A DNA stretch of 64,000 bases from Burkholderiales bacterium. Its GTDB lineage: Bacteria > Pseudomonadota > Gammaproteobacteria > Burkholderiales > Burkholderiaceae_C. Shown here one piece after another: positions 58,049-64,000 of the stretch. The stretch is from contig JBBQCD010000001.1 of NCBI GenBank assembly GCA_038318385.1, positions 14,164 through 78,163 of the forward strand, read 5' to 3'. The position numbers and the translations under genes are program-made. How positions within the stretch are numbered: the first letter of the stretch is position 1; every line of letters starts with the position of its first letter. The notes below the pieces were generated by a model. That model did no database searches, was not told the origin of the DNA, and worked only from the letters and a program-made list of their open reading frames with translations.

Positions 58049-59802
58049 CGCGCAGACGAGGCCAGACCATCGGCGCCGACACCACCCAGGCCCGCGCACG
58101 CCATCAGCAACGGCTGGAGGAGCTGTGCGCGGCGTCGATCCGCGCCCTTGCCGGCGAGGGGGACCTGCACTTTCGCGGCCGACGGCTGCACCGCGGCAAC
58201 CGGCCGCTGCCGCTGTTCGCGCCGCACCTGCACCCGGCGCTGGAGAACGACGACTTCGCGTCGTTCCGCGGCGCCGCCGACGGGCTGGCGCTGCGCCTCG
58301 CGTGCTCAGATGCAGCGCTGCACGCGCAACTCGCGCCCGCCGATCCGGTCGAGCGCTCGCTCTTCGACCTGCTGGAGCAGTTCCGCGTCGAGGCGCTCGC
58401 CTCCTCCGCCATGCCCGGCGTCGCGCGCAACCTGCGCCATCGCCACGAGGCCTGGTCGCTGGCCGCGCATCACGACGGACTCACCGAGACGGCGCGCGGC
58501 CTGCTGGTCTACACCGTCGCGCAGATCTGCCGCGCCCGGGTGACCGGCGACCCGGTCGTGGAAGAGACCGAGGACCTGATGGAGGCGACGCGCTACGCCC
58601 TCGGGCCGGTGATCGGCCATGCTCTCGCAGGTCTGCGCCGCGCGCGTGCCGACCAGGCGGCCTACGGCGCGCACGCGCTGGAGATCGCGCGTGCCGTTGC
58701 CGCGATGCTCGACGCCGAAGGTGGCGCCGGCGAGGACGCGAAGGAGACGCTCGACTCCGACCTCGACGCCGCGCGCTCGGTCTTCGGCCTGATCATCGAG
58801 CACGACGGCAGCGCCAACGAGCGCTTCGCGATCGCGGTTGCCGGCCGCAGCAAGGTCCTCGAGGAAAGCGACGACGGCTACCGGGTCTACACCACGGCCT
58901 ATGACCGCGTCCAGGGCGCCGAATCGCTGGCGCGGTGCGAGGTCCTCGAGACCTACCGCGAGCGCCTCGACCGCCTGGTCGCCGGCCAGGGCGTCAACGT
59001 CGCCAAGCTGGCCCGCGAGCTGCGCGCGCTGCTGGCCGTGCCGACGACCGACGGCTGGGACGGCGGTCAGGAAGAGGGTCACATCGACGGTCGCCGCCTG
59101 GCCCAGCTCGTCGCCTCGCCGACCGAACGCCGCCTCTTTCGCAGCGAGCGCATAGAGCCGGTCGCCGACTGCGCGCTGACCTTCCTGGTCGACTGCTCAG
59201 GCTCGATGAAGGCGCACATCGACGCGGTCGCGGTGATGCTCGATATCTTCGCGCGCGCGCTCGAGCAGGCCGGCGTCGCCTGCGAGGTCCTGGGTTTCAC
59301 GACCGGCGCCTGGAACGGCGGCCGGGCGCAGCGCGACTGGGTCCGCGCCGGCCGGCCGGGGCATCCGGGGCGCCTCAACGAAGCCAGCCACATCGAATAC
59401 AAGTCCTTCGACACGCCCTGGCGGCGCGCCCGCCGCGGCATCGCCGCACTGCTGAAGAACGACCTGTTCCGCGAAGGCATTGACGGCGAGGCGGTCGACT
59501 GGGCCTGCGGTCGCCTCCTCGCCCGGCCGGAGGACAGGAAGCTGCTGCTGGTCGTCTCCGACGGCTCGCCGATGGACAGCGCGACCAGCCTGGCCAACGA
59601 CGTGCACTACCTGGACCAGCACCTGCGCCAGGTGGTGCAGCGCCACGAGCAGCAGCGCGCGATCGAGATCTTCGGCATCGGCGTGGGCCTGGACCTGAGC
59701 CCCTACTACAGCCGCAGCCAGGTGCTCGATCTCGGCGGCGCGATCGGCAACGCGATGTTCCGCGAGGTCATCGAGCTGCTGGCCGGGCGACACCGGCGCT
59801 GA
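58045..59802 (+). CDS. cobT: CobT-type von Willebrand factor A protein (partner of CobS)
   Basis: QQRLEELCAASIRALAGEGDLHFRG is a CobT N-terminal pattern. FLVDCSGSM is a vWA MIDAS DxSxS motif. Also LLLVVSDGSPMD and EIFGIGVG. There is no ATG/GTG/TTG in frame near the N-terminus. The start is provisionally placed at CTG 58045, which overlaps the ggt stop. Confidence 0.8.
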   Translation: MTRRRGQTIGADTTQARARHQQRLEELCAASIRALAGEGDLHFRGRRLHRGNRPLPLFAPHLHPALENDDFASFRGAADGLALRLACSDAALHAQLAPADPVERSLFDLLEQFRVEALASSAMPGVARNLRHRHEAWSLAAHHDGLTETARGLLVYTVAQICRARVTGDPVVEETEDLMEATRYALGPVIGHALAGLRRARADQAAYGAHALEIARAVAAMLDAEGGAGEDAKETLDSDLDAARSVFGLIIEHDGSANERFAIAVAGRSKVLEESDDGYRVYTTAYDRVQGAESLARCEVLETYRERLDRLVAGQGVNVAKLARELRALLAVPTTDGWDGGQEEGHIDGRRLAQLVASPTERRLFRSERIEPVADCALTFLVDCSGSMKAHIDAVAVMLDIFARALEQAGVACEVLGFTTGAWNGGRAQRDWVRAGRPGHPGRLNEASHIEYKSFDTPWRRARRGIAALLKNDLFREGIDGEAVDWACGRLLARPEDRKLLLVVSDGSPMDSATSLANDVHYLDQHLRQVVQRHEQQRAIEIFGIGVGLDLSPYYSRSQVLDLGGAIGNAMFREVIELLAGRHRR

Positions 59803-59921
59803 CGCCGGCGCCGCACCCTGGCGCTCGCACCCTCGGGCCGGCGTCGAGCATGACCGAAGTCCTGGAGCGGATGATGAGAACTACAGCGCGCCCTGCATGC
59901 ATCAGGATCGGCGTTCCGGCG

Positions 59922-60725
59922 TCACAGTCCCGGCCAGGACCGAGCCGCGATCCACACCCCCCATGAGACCAGTGCGAAGCCGATTCCCCGGTCGAAGCCC
60001 CATGTCGCCGGGACAACCTTCTCGCCGAGGACCAACAGCGCCAGCAGCGCCATCCAGGCGAGGTTCATCGCGCCGACGACGAACATCACCGCCATCAGCG
60101 CCCAACAGCAGGCGACACAGTAGCTGCCGTGCTGCAGACCGACCCGCAGGGCCCCGCCCGTGCCGTCGCGCCAGCGTGCCATGAAATAAGCGAGCGGCGA
60201 GCGGCACTTGGAGAGGCAGGCGCGCTTGAGCGGCGTGAACTGGTAGACCCCTGCCGCCACCAGCAACGCGGCGCTCAACAGCGCACTGGTGCTCTGCGCC
60301 ATCGGGTCGAGCAGGCGCGCGTGCGTTAACCCCCACTGCAGCAGCGCGGCCGGACCCGCACAGGCGATCCAGGCCGCGGTGTAGCCGGTGACATAGGCCG
60401 CGGTCGAGCGCTCGGCTCGATCGGGATCGCGGCGCAGAGCCAAGGTTGAGAAGATCGCGGCCGACGGCGCGACCGTCGGCAGCATCATCGCCAGCATCAT
60501 CACCGCCCACATGACGAAGGCCGCCGCGAGCGCATCCGCACCGCCACCGCCCATCGCCATCCCGGCATGGGCCGCGGCGCCGCTGCCCATCGGCACCATG
60601 TCGAGACCCATGCCCCCGAGGTAGTACCAGCTCGCGGCGACGATCGCTGCCATGCCGATCCACACCGCGGAGCGGCGCGATCCGGTGGCGGACGTGATCC
60701 GTGCCGCCAGCTCGCGCATCGCCAT
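59922..60725 (-). CDS. DUF2182-family metal-binding integral membrane protein
   Basis: FVMWAVMMLAMMLPTVAP, YQFTPLKRACLSKCRSPL, GLQHGSYCVACCWALM. The ATG at 60725 shares one nucleotide with the DUF1326 stop (TGATG). Confidence 0.8.
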   Translation of the reverse strand: MAMRELAARITSATGSRRSAVWIGMAAIVAASWYYLGGMGLDMVPMGSGAAAHAGMAMGGGGADALAAAFVMWAVMMLAMMLPTVAPSAAIFSTLALRRDPDRAERSTAAYVTGYTAAWIACAGPAALLQWGLTHARLLDPMAQSTSALLSAALLVAAGVYQFTPLKRACLSKCRSPLAYFMARWRDGTGGALRVGLQHGSYCVACCWALMAVMFVVGAMNLAWMALLALLVLGEKVVPATWGFDRGIGFALVSWGVWIAARSWPGL

Positions 60726-61327
60726 CACTCCGAGCGGTACTCGAACGGCGACACCAGGCCGCTGCGACCCGAGAGCTTCCATTCGCGACCGAAGTCGGTG
60801 TAGGCGAATCGGCTCGAGCGCGCCACGGTGGCAGCCTTGCCCGGGGCGATGCACAGCGGGTGGCCCTCGATCGTGATCGGCCCGCCGCCTTGGCCTTCGA
60901 GCGTCTCGATCTCGGTGTCGGCGATGCCGGGGATCGACAGGCTGCTCTTCTTGCCATCCGCGTGAAATCGCATCGGCACGCTCTTGGCCCCCACCATTTC
61001 GCCGATGAAGGACGCGAGGACGGCCGGATGGCCCCCCGCCTTGCCGCCGAAGATGGCGTGCAGCGCGTCGGCCTGGGGCGCGCTCGCCTTGTCGTCGAAA
61101 TAGGCGGCCACCTTCCATTTCGTCGCGACCATGGTGCCGGGGGCATGCACGGCCAGGGCGACGTTGAGCCCGTCGAGCGCGGTGTCGGCGTAGCGACCCT
61201 TGTCGATGTGCCAGGCGACGAGCGCGGTGCACTGGCCCTCGGTCGGCGGGCTGGTGAAGATGCAGGGGCACGCGGCCTCGCAGTTGCAGGCTTCGAAGTA
61301 GGTTCCCTTGAGAGTCCACTCGGTCAT
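60725..61327 (-). CDS. DUF1326-family Cys-rich protein
   Basis: The ATG at 61327 follows AAGGAG. MTEWTLKGTYFEACNCEAACPCIF is the family signature. 200 aa. Confidence 0.82.
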   Translation of the reverse strand: MTEWTLKGTYFEACNCEAACPCIFTSPPTEGQCTALVAWHIDKGRYADTALDGLNVALAVHAPGTMVATKWKVAAYFDDKASAPQADALHAIFGGKAGGHPAVLASFIGEMVGAKSVPMRFHADGKKSSLSIPGIADTEIETLEGQGGGPITIEGHPLCIAPGKAATVARSSRFAYTDFGREWKLSGRSGLVSPFEYRSE

Positions 61328-61525
61328 GACGTTTCTCCTTGAAAGTCGGTAGGCGGTAGCTCGAATCGACGGGCCCGGCATCCGGTGCGCCGATTCGCCC
61401 ATACTCGGGGACAGGCGTGGGCAGCCGCGTTTGAACGGCCGTTGAAGTCTGCGTCCGCGTCCACGTCGCCCCAGGGTGCGGCGCGCGGACGGCAGCCGGT
61501 CTCCCGTCCGAACTCCGAAAGGACT

Positions 61526-63472
61526 ATGGCAAGCAACGTGCGACCGCTTCATCTCCGCCTGCTCGGCGAGATCACGCTGCAGTGCAACGGCACGCTCCGC
61601 CCGCTGCCGAAGTCGCGCAAGACGCGCGCTCTGCTGGCCTACCTTGCGCTCGAGGCGCGACCGGTGCGGCGCGAGACCTTGTGCGAATTGCTCTGGGAGT
61701 CGACGGCGGACCCGCGCGCAGCGCTGCGCTGGAGCCTCAGCAAGTTGCGCCCTTTGCTCGACACGCCCGATGGCCAGGCTCTGCTGGCCGACGCCCATAC
61801 CGTGGCGCTCGACCCGATGCTCGTCGGCGTCGATGCGCTGGAGGCCCGGGCGCTGCTCGAGGACGCGGCGATCGACATCAGCGATGCGGAGCGGACCGCC
61901 ATCGAAGCGCGCCTCGCAGCGGGCTATCCGGCCGATCTCGACGCGACGCTCGCCGACCGTTACCGACTCTGGATCGACGGCGAACGAGAGAGCCTGCGCC
62001 GGCTCCATCGCCAGGTGCTGGACGAGCAGGCCGCGCACGCCGCCGACCCCGCTGCGGCGCTCGCCACCGCCCGCAAGCGGGTGGTGCTCGATCCGCTCGA
62101 CACCGAGGCCAACGCGCGACTGCTTGCCCATGCGGTGGAGGTCGACGGCCCGGTCCGTGCCCGCGCCACGCTCGAGGACATGCGCGCACGCTACCGCGCC
62201 GAAGGACTGTCGGACCATGCCCTCGTGGCAAGCTGGCGTGGCCTGGAAACCGCCGACGCACTCGAACTCCCCGACAAGCCCTCGGTCGCGGTGCTCGGCT
62301 TCACCGATCTCGGCGGTCATGAAGGCGGACCGGTGCTGGCCGAAGGCCTCGCCGCCGACCTGACCCTGACGCTCGGGCGCTTGCGCGGCCTCTTCGTGAC
62401 GGCGCGGGCGTCGTCGGCCCGCTTCACTGCGCGCTCCGGCGACCTGCCCCACGTGGGGCGGCTGCTCGGCGTGCGCTACCTGGTGCACGGCACGTCCCAG
62501 CGGCTCGACCGGCGGGTGCGCGTGACGGTCACCCTGGCCGATGCGTTGCGCGAGCAGGTCCTGTGGAGCGAGCGCTTCGATCGCCCGCTCGACGACCTGT
62601 TCTCGGTGCAGGACGATGTCTCCGCGGCGATCGCCTCGGCGATCGAGCCCGAGATCGCCCGCGCCGAGGCCGACCGCACGCGCTGGAAGGCGCCCGAGGA
62701 CCTGAGCGCCTGGGAGTGCTACCACCGCGCGATGTGGCATTGCTTCCATTTCACCGCGCCGGACACCGAAGAGGCGCACCGGCTGCTGCAGCGCGCACTG
62801 ACGCTCGAGGCCGGTTTTTCGCGTGCCCATGCCGGCCTCTCTTTCGTCCACTACTCGCGCGCCTTCCTCGACGCGGTGCCGGCGCCCGACGCGGAGATCG
62901 AGAAGGCGCTCAACCACGGGCGGCAGGCCGTCGAGCTCGACCCGCGCGATGCGATGGGGCACTGGACGCTCGGCCGGGCGCTCTTCCTGGCGCGCGAGCA
63001 CGAACCGGCGCTGCAGTCCGTGAGTCGGTCGCTCCTCGCCAACCCCAACTTCGCCCAGGGCCACTACGCCCTCGGCTTCATCCACGCGCATGCCGGCAGT
63101 GCCGCCGAGGCGCTGCCCGAACTCGCGGTCGCCGAACGCCTGAGCCCGTTCGATCCGTTGCTGTTCGCGGTCGAAGGCTCGCGCGCCATCTCGCTGGTGC
63201 TGCAGGGGCGGTACGACGAAGCCGCAGCCTGGGCCATCCGTGCGACGGGCGAGCCGCACGCACACTTCCACATCCACGCGATCGCGGCCGCCTGCCTGGC
63301 GCTCGCCGGGCGGGTCGAGGAGGCTCGAGCCTTCGCGCAACACGCCTGCCGCGTCCATCCGGGCTACTCGATCCGCGTCTTCGAGCGCAGCTTCCCGCAC
63401 CGCGGCCCGCCTCAGCGGACATTGATCGCGGACGCGCTGCGCAGCGCCGGCGTGCCCGACGAGGCGCCCTGA
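61526..63472 (+). CDS. multidomain regulator: OmpR/SARP-type winged-helix + BTAD-like region + central TolB-N-like domain + C-terminal TPR
   Basis: LRLLGEITLQCNGTLRPLPKSRKTRALLAYLALEARPVRRETLCELLW (SARP wHTH). PSVAVLGFTDLGG...VRYLVHGTSQR. The C-terminal TPR-like repeats include AHAGLSFVHY and AQGHYALGFIH. ATG at 61526. Confidence 0.72.
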   Translation: MASNVRPLHLRLLGEITLQCNGTLRPLPKSRKTRALLAYLALEARPVRRETLCELLWESTADPRAALRWSLSKLRPLLDTPDGQALLADAHTVALDPMLVGVDALEARALLEDAAIDISDAERTAIEARLAAGYPADLDATLADRYRLWIDGERESLRRLHRQVLDEQAAHAADPAAALATARKRVVLDPLDTEANARLLAHAVEVDGPVRARATLEDMRARYRAEGLSDHALVASWRGLETADALELPDKPSVAVLGFTDLGGHEGGPVLAEGLAADLTLTLGRLRGLFVTARASSARFTARSGDLPHVGRLLGVRYLVHGTSQRLDRRVRVTVTLADALREQVLWSERFDRPLDDLFSVQDDVSAAIASAIEPEIARAEADRTRWKAPEDLSAWECYHRAMWHCFHFTAPDTEEAHRLLQRALTLEAGFSRAHAGLSFVHYSRAFLDAVPAPDAEIEKALNHGRQAVELDPRDAMGHWTLGRALFLAREHEPALQSVSRSLLANPNFAQGHYALGFIHAHAGSAAEALPELAVAERLSPFDPLLFAVEGSRAISLVLQGRYDEAAAWAIRATGEPHAHFHIHAIAAACLALAGRVEEARAFAQHACRVHPGYSIRVFERSFPHRGPPQRTLIADALRSAGVPDEAP

Positions 63473-63503
63473 GCGCCGCGGCGTATCGCCTTCGACCGGT
63501 CGG

Positions 63504-64000
63504 TCAGTCCTGAGCGGTCGCCTTGCCGAGCGTCGCCGCGTCGATCGCCGCATGGTCCAGGCGCGGCTGCCAGCCGGCCGGCAGCCGGATCGCACCGCCC
63601 TCGACCCGCATCGGCGACTCGAAGATCGGTCGCGTCATCTTCAACCAGCCGTTCATCTCGCCGGCATTGCGGATGTGCCGCGCCGCCACGCAGGTCTCCA
63701 TCCAGCAGCCGACATCGCTGGCGACGCCGTTGCCCAGCACCGGCTCGAGGCCGTGGCCACGGATGCGCTCGATCGCCGCGGCCAACCGTTCGAGGGTCGC
63801 GAATTTCATCAGCTTGACCTTGACGAAGCGGGCCGCGCGGCGCCGCGCGACCTGGTCGATGTCGCCTTCGTCGTAGATCGATTCGTCGAGCATCAACGGC
63901 AGCGGGCAGCGCGGCACCACCTCCATGTGCGCCGCCCAGTCGCCGGCCGCGCACGGCTGCTCGAAGAGCTCGATGCCGTCCACCGGCACCGCGTTCGCGA
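63504..64000 (-). CDS. enolase-superfamily (mandelate racemase / muconate lactonizing enzyme-like) protein, C-terminal part; gene continues beyond the window end
   Basis: IELFEQPCAAGDW...PLPLMLDESIYDEGDIDQVARRRAARFVKVKLMKF fits the MR/MLE metal-ligand strand pattern (E, DE, K.K). The reading frame is open to position 64000. Confidence 0.7.
   Translation of the reverse strand, partial: ANAVPVDGIELFEQPCAAGDWAAHMEVVPRCPLPLMLDESIYDEGDIDQVARRRAARFVKVKLMKFATLERLAAAIERIRGHGLEPVLGNGVASDVGCWMETCVAARHIRNAGEMNGWLKMTRPIFESPMRVEGGAIRLPAGWQPRLDHAAIDAATLGKATAQD

Noticed and set aside
59922-63595. The 465-aa (59922-61319) and 956-aa (60725-63595) minus-strand ORFs.
   Set aside because: Only their C-terminal parts carry the DUF2182 and DUF1326 signatures, each with its own ATG (DUF1326 also has an AAGGAG RBS). 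The remainder is shadow frame over DUF1326 and over the plus-strand SARP-TPR regulator.

Overview
High-GC chromosomal segment (GC judged by eye, not computed). It has betaproteobacterial/Burkholderiales hallmarks: a Bug/TctC-family binding protein, the nadD-rsfS-rlmH-maf-rng block, and xsc-pta. I support about 66 protein-coding genes. I found no rRNA, tRNA, CRISPR array, transposase, integrase or phage genes. Left to right: a CDP-hexose/LPS operon (epimerase, rfbG, rfbF, GT9 heptosyltransferase); housekeeping genes (rng, maf, rlmH, rsfS, nadD, hemF, purD, yebC-family, DUF853 ATPase); a cytochrome b plus Tat-lipoprotein molybdoenzyme pair; an M14 peptidase; a desaturase-LytS kinase-LytTR regulator-2TM operon; small envelope proteins; glnS; and a PQQ-type sugar dehydrogenase. 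Next comes an 11-gene non-canonical T2SS/T4P-hybrid secretion operon (27832-37314). Its secretin carries an N-terminal TPR module and a C-terminal cohesin-like module. After it: a FadE-like dehydrogenase, a persulfide dioxygenase-rhodanese fusion, an amino-acid ABC transporter, a cytochrome b561/PepSY pair, an MFS transporter, a TetR unit, xsc-pta with an IclR regulator, cobS-bug-ggt-cobT, DUF1326/DUF2182 with a SARP-TPR regulator, and a truncated enolase-superfamily gene. The secretion operon is the best candidate for an undescribed system. Other notable points: two conserved genes (pta, cobT) have no canonical start codon and appear to start at CTG inside CTGA stop/start overlaps; a perfect 24-bp tandem duplication spans a start codon; RsfS has a roughly 145-aa Ala/Lys/Pro tail. 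The window contains many long antisense or shadow ORFs typical of high-GC DNA, which I reject. All family calls come from reading motifs in the translations. No database search was run.
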